This document shows positions 55,760 to 63,604 of a stretch of 64,000 nt of DNA, one piece after another (position 1 is the stretch's first letter; the number at the start of each line of letters is the position of its first letter). The notes under the pieces are model-generated. The model saw only the letters and a list, made by a program, of their open reading frames with translations. It searched no databases and had not been told where the DNA came from. This stretch comes from Thermoanaerobaculaceae bacterium. GTDB taxonomy: Bacteria; Acidobacteriota; Thermoanaerobaculia; Multivoradales; UBA5704. Both the position numbers and the translations under genes were made by a program. The stretch lies in the NCBI GenBank assembly GCA_963712665.1, contig CAVQIV010000022.1, forward strand, positions 279,215 through 343,214. The letters run 5' to 3'.

Positions 55760-57487
55760 TCAAGGTTTCCAATCCACGGCGCGCTCTTCGAGGTAGGCGT
55801 CGACGGCGGCGCCCACGGTGGGATGGAAGCTGGCGGCACCGAAGCGCTCGAACAGCCCGAAGCGCTTCAGCGTGTCCTTGACCGGATCTTTCATTTCGGC
55901 GAACTGCAGCTCGATGTGCGATGCCGTCAGGCTCCGCTCGAGCTCGGCGAGCATGTCCCCCGAAGTCACGTCGATGCTGGTGACCGGCTCGGCCGTCACC
56001 ACGATCCGCTGCACCGGCGTCGGCGACTGCGCCACGGCTTCGAGCACGCGCTGGTGGAACAGCTCTGCATTGGCGAAGAACAGCGGCGCGGCCCAGCGAA
56101 ACAGCACCAATCCGGGCACGAGTCGCGCCTCGGGATACCGTTGGACGTCGTGGTAGCCCCGGATGCCGTCCACCCGGCCGAGCACGGCGTAGTCCGGCCG
56201 CCAGGAGTCCCACAGAAATTCGATGATCGCAATGACGATCGCCAGGCCGATGCCGGGAATCGCTCCAAACACGGCGACGCCGGCGAAGCAGAGCATGGAC
56301 AGCCAGAGCTCCCAACGCTCGATGCGGAAGATCCGGCGCAGGTCGTTGACCTCGAACAGGCCGATGGCGGCGGCGATCACCACCGCCGCCAGAGCGCTGC
56401 TCGGGAGGTCCGCCAGCAGATTGGGGGCCAAGAGCAGCAGCAAGGCGACGGCGACGGCGCCGACCACGCCGGTGAGTTGGGTTTTCGCGCCCGCGGCTTC
56501 GGCCACCGGAGTCCGCGACGAGCTGCTGCTGATGGGAAACCCCTGGAACAGCCCAGCGGCCAGGTTGGCGGCGCCCAGGCCGATCATCTCCTGGTTCGGA
56601 TCGACCGCGGAGCGGGTCTTGGCGGCGTAGGTGCGCGACAGGACGCTGGTGTCGGCGAACGCCACCATGGCGACGGCGCAGCCGCCGATCACCACCTGGC
56701 CGAGGTCGGCGAGGCGAGCCCAGGGCAGCGCGAACGAAGGCAGCCCCTGCGGTAGCGGGCCCAGCACCTTCACCCCGGCGCTCTCGTCGAGGCCGAAGGC
56801 GCCGACCACGATCGTCGCGCCCACCACGGCGATGAGGGTGCCGGGGATGCGCTTGAAGGGCTTGAGCACCAGGATCGCCGCCAGCGTGCCGGCGCCGATC
56901 GCGAACGCCGTCCAGTTGGCCCGGCCGCCCATCACCCCTGAGGAGATCTGCACCAGGTCGCGCAGCGGCCCGACGCCGTTGATCGAAAAACCGAACAGCT
57001 TGGGCAACTGGCTGATCAGCACCGTGAGCGCAATGCCGTTCATGTAACCATAGCGGATCGGCTTGGACAGCAGCTCGGTGACGAATCCCACGCGCAGGAG
57101 GCCGATCAGGACGCACACCACCCCTGCCACCACCGCCATCAGGCCGGCCAGGGGAATGGCCCGCTGCGGATCGCCGCCCGAAAGCGGCAGCACGACCGCG
57201 AGGATGATCGAGGCGAGAGAGGAATCCGGCCCCAGCACCAGAATGCGACTGGGACCGAACAGCGCGTAGGCGAGCAACGGGACGATCGTGGCATACAGAC
57301 CGCAGATTCCCGGCACGCCCGAAGCCACCGCGTAGGCGATTCCGACCGGCACCAGCATCGTGGTCAGCACCAGGCCGGCCATCAGATCTTTCGGCAGCCA
57401 GGCGGCCTCGTACCGGCTCAGGACCTCGAGCCCGGGCAGCCAACGCTTCCAGCCGTTCGTGACTTGACTTCTTTCGCCCACTCGCAC
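55760..57487 (-). CDS. SulP-family anion transporter with a C-terminal STAS domain
   Basis: 575 aa with multiple TM segments. It has the SulP signature region GPDSSLASIILAVVLPLSGGD...NGIALTVLISQLPKLFGF and a C-terminal STAS-like region IVVTAEPVTSIDVTSGDMLAELERSL. Confidence 0.85.
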   Translation of the reverse strand: MRVGERSQVTNGWKRWLPGLEVLSRYEAAWLPKDLMAGLVLTTMLVPVGIAYAVASGVPGICGLYATIVPLLAYALFGPSRILVLGPDSSLASIILAVVLPLSGGDPQRAIPLAGLMAVVAGVVCVLIGLLRVGFVTELLSKPIRYGYMNGIALTVLISQLPKLFGFSINGVGPLRDLVQISSGVMGGRANWTAFAIGAGTLAAILVLKPFKRIPGTLIAVVGATIVVGAFGLDESAGVKVLGPLPQGLPSFALPWARLADLGQVVIGGCAVAMVAFADTSVLSRTYAAKTRSAVDPNQEMIGLGAANLAAGLFQGFPISSSSSRTPVAEAAGAKTQLTGVVGAVAVALLLLLAPNLLADLPSSALAAVVIAAAIGLFEVNDLRRIFRIERWELWLSMLCFAGVAVFGAIPGIGLAIVIAIIEFLWDSWRPDYAVLGRVDGIRGYHDVQRYPEARLVPGLVLFRWAAPLFFANAELFHQRVLEAVAQSPTPVQRIVVTAEPVTSIDVTSGDMLAELERSLTASHIELQFAEMKDPVKDTLKRFGLFERFGAASFHPTVGAAVDAYLEERAVDWKP

Positions 57488-57545
57488 CCTCCCGTCACGG
57501 TTTCCTACACGCGAATATGGCTATGGCTCTGCTGCGCTGCCTTCA

Positions 57546-58052
57546 TCATTGTACAGCGGGCCGCGCTCTTCGGGAGTAGAGCGCCTCGTGGTGGGCCCTC
57601 CCCTTCCGCGCGAGTTGAATCTTGCCGATGATACTCAGCCGCCGGAGGGTGACCGCGGCGAGGCGCGCGTCGATGAGCCGCCCCAACTTCGCCGAGAACC
57701 GGCGGTTGACCTCGGCGGCGACCTGCGTGCCGGTGAACGTCTCTCCCACCGGCCAGGAGAGGGCGACGCGGGAGATGGCCCGGCTGATGAGCAGCTTGCG
57801 CCCTCCCAAGTCGGGCTCTTCAGGAGGTGGAGCCGGAGCGGACGGCGGAGCCGCAAACTCCGCGGCGGGAAGGGCCACCGTCTTGAACGCCTCCAGATGC
57901 TTGGCGACCGTCTCCGCCTCATGGGCGTGAGATTCCGCCTCCTCGCGATGAAACGTCTCCTGCTCCCGATGCAACGTCTCCTGCTCGCGGTGGAACGCCA
58001 GCCGCTTTTCGAGATTGGCCAATACTTCTGCAACAGAAATTTCCGTGCCCAT
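57546..58052 (-). CDS. Hypothetical coiled-coil protein with a HREQET repeat
   Basis: The ATG is at 58052..58050. The protein starts MGTEISVAEVLANLEKRLAFHREQETLHREQETFHREEAESHAHEAETVAKHLEAF. The upstream ~80 codons of the track ORF look non-coding. Confidence 0.45.
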   Translation of the reverse strand: MGTEISVAEVLANLEKRLAFHREQETLHREQETFHREEAESHAHEAETVAKHLEAFKTVALPAAEFAAPPSAPAPPPEEPDLGGRKLLISRAISRVALSWPVGETFTGTQVAAEVNRRFSAKLGRLIDARLAAVTLRRLSIIGKIQLARKGRAHHEALYSRRARPAVQ

Positions 58053-58299
58053 CTTCGCTCCTCTCACTCTGTTCCAACACCTGCCCACGCCGCCTCGCCT
58101 CGCCCGAAGCTGCGACAGAACCTTTCCCCGCACCTCCGCGCCAAGTCCCATCGAAGCGGCGGGAAAGATTCTGCAGCAACTCCCGTCCATGCCGCGACAA
58201 AGTCTATGGCCCGAGGCTGCCACAAACTCCCGCTGGTCTGCCTCCAAAGACAATGTCGCAGAATCGCCCGCCGCCGTCCCTCTTTGCGCCAATCCGTCT

Positions 58300-58830
58300 C
58301 AGAATCGGCTGATTTTGTAGCGTCTCGGGCTCAAGCCGTGACAATTTACTCCAAGTCAAGACAATCTGTCAAGACTCTGCTGCACATTCTCTACACTTCG
58401 CTCCGCCCTCTGTGGAAGCTGAGACATTCTCCAGCAATGCTGAAATATATCAAGGAGAAGGTGAGACAGCTCCGCAGACATCGCTGCATTCTCAGAAGAT
58501 TTCGCTACACTATCTCTCGATTCTGAGACATTCTATGCGAAGTCCGAAACGTTCTTCTCAGATTCATCTCAATCTCGGCAAAGGTTGAGACAGAGCAAGA
58601 ATATTGGGAACATCCTCTGGGGACTCTGCTGCATTGTCAATCGACAATGCAGCAGCATGCTTGGAGGCTGCTGCACAGCGGGTCACTCTGCGACATTTCT
58701 CTTGCAGGCCAATCAGCCGGGCTCAAGCGTTGAGACAAATGGGTTGGCGGCAGCGTGGTGTTCCGGGACGTTGCGACAGAAGCGAGCCACGCATCGACGC
58801 CACCGGCTTGGCCTTAGACTGTTGATCCGA
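58300..58830. promoter_or_regulatory. AT-rich, repeat-laden intergenic block with five TGAGACA copies, flanking GGGCTCAAGC direct repeats and a 13-bp perfect palindrome
   Basis: Local GC is clearly below the window average. TGAGACA occurs at 58429, 58471, 58533, 58595 and 58740. CGGGCTCAAGC occurs at 58335 and 58727. The palindrome is CTGCTGCATTGTC-AATC-GACAATGCAGCAG at 58635-58664. Confidence 0.5.
58627..58642 (+). promoter_or_regulatory. Sigma54-like -24/-12 element (TGGGGAC-N4-CTGCA), ~185 bp upstream of the HXXEE gene
   Basis: The sequence TGGGGACTCTGCTGCA has the GG and GC doublets spaced as in the TGGCAC-N5-TTGCA consensus. It overlaps the left arm of the 13-bp palindrome. Confidence 0.3.
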
Positions 58831-59330
58831 TGACTGAGGAGCTCCGCAGCATGCTGCTCGGCACAGCGGGCTTGAGCGTCGCCGCCGTGGTGGCTCTCGG
58901 TCTGACCCTCTCGCGAGGTGGAGTCGTCGGGGACGAAACGAAGCTTCGGGCCTCCATCCGGCTCGCCGTCCTCGCCGTTCTCCTCCAGGCAGCTCACTTC
59001 GCGGAAGAGTGGGCGACAGGATTCCACCAGCGCTTCCCGGAGCTCCTCGGCCTCAGCCCCTGGTCGATCCGCTTCTTCGTGACGTTCAACCTGGTCTGGA
59101 TCGCGATCTGGATCCTCAGTCTCTGGGGCCTGAAGGCACGCCGGCGGGTGGCCCTGTTCCCCCTCTGGTTCCTCGGGCTCGGCTGCGTGGCGAACGGTCT
59201 GGCTCACCCCCTCTTCGCGCTCCGCACGGGAGGCTACTTCCCGGGCCTCGTCACCTCGCCCCTCGTGGGGATCGTAGGGCTCCTGCTCCTGCGGCGCCTG
59301 TTCCGGATCACAACCTCGCCGTTGCCTTGA
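58830..59330 (+). CDS. HXXEE-domain membrane protein
   Basis: The ATG is at 58830. The HFAEEW motif lies inside a multi-TM protein (MTEELRSMLLGTAGLSVAAVVALGL...LQAAHFAEEWATGFHQRFPELLGLSPWSIRFFVTFNLVWIAIWIL). Confidence 0.65.
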   Translation: MTEELRSMLLGTAGLSVAAVVALGLTLSRGGVVGDETKLRASIRLAVLAVLLQAAHFAEEWATGFHQRFPELLGLSPWSIRFFVTFNLVWIAIWILSLWGLKARRRVALFPLWFLGLGCVANGLAHPLFALRTGGYFPGLVTSPLVGIVGLLLLRRLFRITTSPLP

Positions 59331-59390
59331 CCGGCGGGATGCCCTACAATACGCCTCCGCTTCGCGGAGACCCTCCTGCGTCTCCGTTCA

Positions 59391-59465
59391 GCCGACGTAG
59401 CTCAGTGGTAGAGCAGCTGATTCGTAATCAGCAGGTCGTCGGTTCAAATCCGACCGTCGGCTCCA
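59391..59465 (+). tRNA. tRNA-Thr (anticodon CGU), with CCA encoded
   Basis: The acceptor stem is GCCGACG/CGTCGGC. The D arm is GCTC-AGTGGTA-GAGC. The anticodon arm is GCTGA-TTCGTAA-TCAGC, with U33, anticodon CGT and A37. The variable loop is AGGTC, the T arm is GTCGG-TTCAAAT-CCGAC, the discriminator is T, and CCA is at 59463-59465. Confidence 0.9.
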
Positions 59466-59772
59466 GCCGTAAATCACTGTAAAATAAGCACTTCCGCCGC
59501 GGCGCCTTTCGGCTCCGGAGCCCCGCTGTTTCTCCCATGTAAGGCGGGTGTAAGGCGGCCGGCCCACTTCGGCACCTTCCCGCCTGTCCGGGTGGGGGGC
59601 TGAGCCGTGGGCGTCGTCTATGAGATCGTCCGCCGATTCCTCAGAAAACAGAAACGGCGCCACGCGGCGCCGAGCATGCCCCGCTTCCGATTCCGGCAGC
59701 GGTAAACCAGACGGCCCGGCGGGGTGGTAGGACACGTCCGCCGGACCTGACCCGAGCAAGGAGTCAACGTCC

Positions 59773-60219
59773 ATGCACGAGCTAACCCCGCAGTCTACAA
59801 CGCCCTCAACACCGCCCACGCCGTCCGGCCCTGCGGTATCCCCGCCGGTCATCCACCCGGAGCAATTCGAGGACTATCCCGCCTTCAGGGAGGTGTTCCT
59901 ACTCTTCTTCTCTGACGCCAAAGCGAACGCCGCCATGCGGAGCTTCGGGTTGCTTATCCATGAGATGGTCCTGGAGTTCTGGGGCCACTGGCCCGCCCAC
60001 CGCGAGGGGATGTTCCCCGCGGAGCTTCGGGCCGCCGTGGCCGATCTGCGCCACGTCCAGGGGTGCCTCCAGGAGTGGACCGGGCCGGCCTGCCCCGTCG
60101 ATTCCGAGTATGAACGCCGTCTCTCCGAGGTGGGCGCCGACGTGGCCCGCGGCATCGGCAAGCTCGCGGATCGCCTGGAGGTGGAGCTGGATTCGTGGCT
60201 GGAAGGGATGTCCTCATGA
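59773..60219 (+). CDS. Hypothetical protein A (148 aa), first of a tandem paralog pair
   Basis: The ATG is at 59773 with AAGGAG nine nt upstream. The motifs EDYPAFREVFLLFF...AAVADLRHVQG match EDFAVFRETFLAYF...AVVADLRHLEG in the next ORF. Confidence 0.55.
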   Translation: MHELTPQSTTPSTPPTPSGPAVSPPVIHPEQFEDYPAFREVFLLFFSDAKANAAMRSFGLLIHEMVLEFWGHWPAHREGMFPAELRAAVADLRHVQGCLQEWTGPACPVDSEYERRLSEVGADVARGIGKLADRLEVELDSWLEGMSS

Positions 60220-60650
60220 GCGCCGCATCCTCACCCCTCATTCCAGACACTCCAGAACCCGAAGACGAAGACGCGGCCGGCCCCCCTAACTTCGATCCCA
60301 TGGAGTGGGAGGACTTCGCCGTTTTCCGGGAGACCTTCCTCGCCTACTTCACCATCCCCGAGCACAACGCTCTCCTGCGCGGCGCGGGGAATCTCATCTT
60401 CGATATGACCTTAGCCGCTTCGGCCAAGTGGCCCGATCAGCCGGAAGGGTGGCTCCGCGGCGAGCTGCGGGCCGTGGTGGCCGATCTCCGCCACCTGGAG
60501 GGCTTCCTTGTGACGCTCGCCGTGTCGCCCTCACCCGATCCCTACGAGGGTGCTCTCCACCGTACGGCGGTGCTCATGTCTCGCGAGATCGCGTCCGTTG
60601 CCGAGCATATCGAGGGCAAGCTCGGCACGTGGCGGGGGGAGGCGTCATGA
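60216..60650 (+). CDS. Hypothetical protein B (144 aa), paralog of A
   Basis: The ATG at 60216 overlaps the stop of A in an ATGA arrangement. The full protein is alignable with A. Confidence 0.55.
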   Translation: MSAASSPLIPDTPEPEDEDAAGPPNFDPMEWEDFAVFRETFLAYFTIPEHNALLRGAGNLIFDMTLAASAKWPDQPEGWLRGELRAVVADLRHLEGFLVTLAVSPSPDPYEGALHRTAVLMSREIASVAEHIEGKLGTWRGEAS

Positions 60651-60892
60651 GGCGCCGGTGGTGGAGCTGGCCCACGAGCGCTGTTCATCGGCTCGACATC
60701 CACGCCACACCGGAGCAGTTGGCGGCGTGGACCGCAGCAGCCCGTCTCTCTGGGGTCCCCCTCCAGGTCTGGCTAACGCAAGCCGGGGACGCCCACGCCC
60801 GCAACCTGCAACGATCCGTCAAGCAGACGCAAGCGGCCGGGAAGAAGGGGAAGCAGGGGCTTGCACCCGAGCCCGGCGGGGAGGTGCCGTGA
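60647..60892 (+). CDS. Hypothetical small protein C (81 aa), first of a second tandem paralog pair
   Basis: The ATG at 60647 overlaps the stop of B in an ATGA arrangement. The motif HATPEQLAAWTAAARLSGVPLQVWLTQAGDAHARNL matches ARREQAERWEAAASADGLRSVGSWLAETADAHLREL in D. Confidence 0.45.
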   Translation: MRRRWWSWPTSAVHRLDIHATPEQLAAWTAAARLSGVPLQVWLTQAGDAHARNLQRSVKQTQAAGKKGKQGLAPEPGGEVP

Positions 60893-61152
60893 GCGGGTCC
60901 TACTGGTGCCAGAGCACGGCCACCACGACCTACACCGTCACGGCCCGGCGGGAGCAAGCGGAGCGATGGGAAGCCGCTGCTTCCGCTGACGGGTTGCGGT
61001 CGGTCGGCTCGTGGCTCGCCGAGACGGCGGATGCCCACCTGCGGGAGCTGGTGCGGGTGGGCCGGGCCGGCCCCCCTGACGTGGCTCCGGGATCGTTTCC
61101 GGGTGCCAGTGACGGACACCACGGCCCGGCCCGCAGTCACCCGGGAGGTTGA
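60889..61152 (+). CDS. Hypothetical small protein D (87 aa), paralog of C
   Basis: The GTG at 60889 overlaps the stop of C in a GTGA arrangement. The start codon choice is uncertain. Confidence 0.4.
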   Translation: MSGSYWCQSTATTTYTVTARREQAERWEAAASADGLRSVGSWLAETADAHLRELVRVGRAGPPDVAPGSFPGASDGHHGPARSHPGG

Positions 61153-61162
61153 AGTTGCCGGG

Positions 61163-61426
61163 ATGGTGTCCGGCCCGTTTGGGATCTTCCGGGGAGACGG
61201 CCGGGGCGTGGGCGAGCCCGGCTGTTCCCGCTACTCCCTGGTCCATCGCCCAACGCGGCGGGTTGTCGCCACGCTCCCCCTGCGGAAGTCCTGTATGGCG
61301 CTCGCGGCGGAGCTGGCGGGCCTGCAAATCGACTGGCGGGAGATCGATCCGCAGAAGGTGCTCGGCGCGGCTCCTGACCGGGGAAAGGCGCAAGCGCTTA
61401 TCCGGCTCTTTGAGAAGCTCACCTAA
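61163..61426 (+). CDS. Hypothetical small protein E (87 aa)
   Basis: The ATG is at 61163 with GGGAGG upstream, ten nt after the stop of D. The C-terminal half (SLVHRPTRRVVATLPLRKSCMALAAELAGLQIDWREIDPQKV) looks protein-like. A hairpin with a T-run follows. Confidence 0.45.
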   Translation: MVSGPFGIFRGDGRGVGEPGCSRYSLVHRPTRRVVATLPLRKSCMALAAELAGLQIDWREIDPQKVLGAAPDRGKAQALIRLFEKLT

Positions 61427-61440
61427 GACGTAGGAAGTGT

Positions 61441-61483
61441 GGGGCCGGTTCCGAGAGAGGGCCGGCCTTGCGTTTTTGTCTTG
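61441..61483 (+). terminator. GC-rich hairpin (repeat copy 1) plus T-run; a terminator-like element after ORF E
   Basis: The hairpin GGGGCCGGTTCCGAGAGAGGGCCGGCC is followed by TTGCGTTTTTGTCTTG. Confidence 0.55.
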
Positions 61484-61517
61484 CACCTCTGTCCACCACA
61501 CAAAGCCCGAGACCTAC

Positions 61518-61733
61518 TCAACCGAGCTGCGGGAGTCCGGCGTTCTTACGGTATTCGGCGACTTGGTCGAGAGTAAAGGAGACATCTCCGTTACCGCACC
61601 CGTGATAGTCGATGAATTGATCCGGAATTAGATCCTCTATCCGAATTTCGATAGTCTTGCCACACCCGCACTTGTAGTCCAATGCTCGCTTAGCCCAATT
61701 GAAAACAATGCCTTCCTTGAAGGTTCTGTCCAT
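61518..61733 (-). CDS. Small Cys-rich hypothetical protein (71 aa) bracketed by two identical hairpin repeats
   Basis: The ATG is at 61733..61731 with GGGAGG upstream. The translation is MDRTFKEGIVFNWAKRALDYKCGCGKTIEIRIEDLIPDQFIDYHGCGNGDVSFTLDQVAEYRKNAGLPQLG, with a possible C-x-C...H-x-C metal site. Local GC is below the window average. Confidence 0.5.
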   Translation of the reverse strand: MDRTFKEGIVFNWAKRALDYKCGCGKTIEIRIEDLIPDQFIDYHGCGNGDVSFTLDQVAEYRKNAGLPQLG

Positions 61734-61753
61734 CCGCTAAATCCTCCCTTTGG

Positions 61754-61780
61754 GGGGCCGGTTCCGAGAGAGGGCCGGCC
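61754..61780. repeat. Second identical copy of the 27-nt GC-rich hairpin repeat (copy 1 at 61441-61467)
   Basis: GGGGCCGGTTCCGAGAGAGGGCCGGCC is identical over 27 nt to 61441-61467. It lies between the 71-aa ORF start and the 3' end of the protease gene. Confidence 0.8.
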
Positions 61781-61821
61781 CTTTCGCTTCTGGTGTCCAT
61801 GGAGTTCACCCGTATTGGGGG

Positions 61822-62784
61822 TTAATCGAGTATAGCCGCGCCGAGATTTTCCCAAGATTCCCGCTCGCGTCGCCTCTGTTCGACCAGTTCAGGTTGATTT
61901 AACACCTCAAGTATTTTCCATGCGGGGGCGACGCACTGCATCCCGGCATTGACGCACACTTCTAACTTCACTCCGTCTGCCGTCGTCGCATTAAGAGTAA
62001 CAGGTAAGTGTCCCCAGTTGACCCCGAGCAGCCAAATGTTGCCAATAGTCTCTACTACAGACTGCCGCTTGAGATCGTTGCCTTCTGAGTGTTCTAATTC
62101 CCACTTCGGAACGTAGAGAAATACCGGGGACCCGCTGTAACCAGCCACCGAGTATGCCTCGATCAGGAAGTCTTCAAGATTTAAAATTGTGTCGTTGGGC
62201 TGTTTCGACCTAATGGGCTCCAGCGGCATCATTGACAAATAGCCGAAACGCAAGCTCGGCATATTACGCTGGACACCTTCATGATTCACAAACCGCCCGA
62301 CCGTAAACGTCTGATCGCCAGGACCGACTCCAAGCTCAGCCACCATTTCCTGAGTCAAAAGCATCTCTATGCCTATGCCTACGTGTTGGTCGGTATAGCG
62401 GCTTAGTGGTGGAATCGGACAGACCGACACCTCATCTAGATTAGGGTGGTCTACCCACAAACCGCTGTTTAAATCCATAATCCTATGGCCGCCTGCCGTC
62501 GTATTGATTCGAACTATTCTTGTTCCCCGGGAAACGTGGCGGTTGGTAACTATGTAGAAATGAACGCCTTTGCAGTGGCGGGGTTGCGCCGCATGCGCCG
62601 CCGCGTAGACCTCAGGAGATGCGAGCCGGTCATCCAGCGAAGGCGGACTGACTTCATCCTGGCCGTAGCTAGGTACGCCGAGAAGAAAGCCGCTGCCGCC
62701 GTATCTTTGGCCCTCTTCGGCGTCTTTGCGGTTCTGATAAAGGTACACCGAGCTTTCTAGGATGGAGCGGCGAATACGTGGCAT
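61822..62784 (-). CDS. Trypsin-fold (DegP/HtrA-like catalytic domain) serine peptidase without PDZ domains
   Basis: GGSGFLLGV...HFYIVTNRHV matches the HtrA GSGF...TNxHV His region. GYSGSPVFLY matches the GNSGGPL Ser region. The protein is 320 aa, and the gene body has noticeably lower GC than the window. Confidence 0.6.
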   Translation of the reverse strand: MPRIRRSILESSVYLYQNRKDAEEGQRYGGSGFLLGVPSYGQDEVSPPSLDDRLASPEVYAAAHAAQPRHCKGVHFYIVTNRHVSRGTRIVRINTTAGGHRIMDLNSGLWVDHPNLDEVSVCPIPPLSRYTDQHVGIGIEMLLTQEMVAELGVGPGDQTFTVGRFVNHEGVQRNMPSLRFGYLSMMPLEPIRSKQPNDTILNLEDFLIEAYSVAGYSGSPVFLYVPKWELEHSEGNDLKRQSVVETIGNIWLLGVNWGHLPVTLNATTADGVKLEVCVNAGMQCVAPAWKILEVLNQPELVEQRRRERESWENLGAAILD

Positions 62785-63090
62785 CCTTAGTAGCTCCCTG
62801 GTCCACAGTTAGTACGGCTGGCCATCGGGGTAAGAATACATCGTCTTCAGGCGCAAGCCGCACGGCAGACCGCACCGCGGGATGATAGTCCCACATACCG
62901 GGGGAGGATGACGCCCCCCTCGAATTATGGCTGCACGCTTATTTGCCGAGCACGCCGGTAAGCGGGAGACCCGCCGGAAAGATCGGAGGCCCCCCCTACC
63001 GCGGTTCGTCGCCGCGCCTCCCGGAGCGCCACCATCCGGGACGCCCGCGAGGTCATAGAAGCCCGGCCCGCCCTGGTGTCCACGCCCATT

Positions 63091-63266
63091 AGCGCCCGGC
63101 TGAGCCCCGATCTCCGGGAGCCCGCCCTACGGGGAGGGTGTGCGGGGGATGTCGAGAGCCGTTAACGCCTCAAGCGCAAGGGAGTCGCCTGTGCCCGCGC
63201 GCCTATTCTCCTTTCGCCTTAAACTCACCAGCGCCCGCCTGAGCCCCGATCTCCGGAGCCCGCTCC
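63091..63266. repeat. Two ~37-bp imperfect direct repeats (63091-63127 and 63230-63266) in the region upstream of the protease gene
   Basis: AGCGCCCGGCTGAGCCCCGATCTCCGGGAGCCCGCCC and AGCGCCCGCCTGAGCCCCGATCTCCGGAGCCCGCTCC share 35 of 37 positions. Confidence 0.7.
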
Positions 63267-63283
63267 CGATATACCCGCCCACC

Positions 63284-63604
63284 CTAGCCCCTTGCGGCCC
63301 CGGTGCCGTCTCCCGTCTTGGCCGTGCCTTCCTGCCCCGGGCCTTCTCCCATGCGCTCCCTCCCGCACTTCGGACACCGCGGGAGGGGATCGCCCGCCCG
63401 CACCATGGCCACGCCGTAGCAGGTGGGGGCCGCGCACACCTTGACCGCCAGCGCTCCGCCGCCGGGGGTGGGCAAGCGCTTCGCAGTCGTTCGATCCAGG
63501 GCAGCGACGTGAGCCCGCCGGTCAACGTCCTCGCGTTGCACTCTGGCCGCCGTCCGCTTGAGGGCCTTCTGCCGGCGATAGACCGGGCCTTCCTTGGCGC
63601 TCAT
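63284..63604 (-). CDS. Small Zn-ribbon protein (106 aa)
   Basis: The ATG is at 63604..63602 and overlaps the stop of the upstream ORF in an ATGA arrangement. The protein is MSAKEGPVYRRQKALKRTAARVQ...CAAPTCYGVAMVRAGDPLPRCPKCG, with two CxxC pairs. The upstream ~119 codons of the track ORF look non-coding. Confidence 0.5.
   Translation of the reverse strand: MSAKEGPVYRRQKALKRTAARVQREDVDRRAHVAALDRTTAKRLPTPGGGALAVKVCAAPTCYGVAMVRAGDPLPRCPKCGRERMGEGPGQEGTAKTGDGTGAARG

Noticed and set aside
59440-59465. Search for an att-site duplicate of the tRNA-Thr 3' end to delimit the island
   Set aside because: No second copy of GGTTCAAATCCGACCGTCGGCTCCA or a 15-nt-or-longer piece of it was seen by eye between 59.5 and 64.0 kb. 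The boundary, if any, lies outside the window, or my visual scan missed it.
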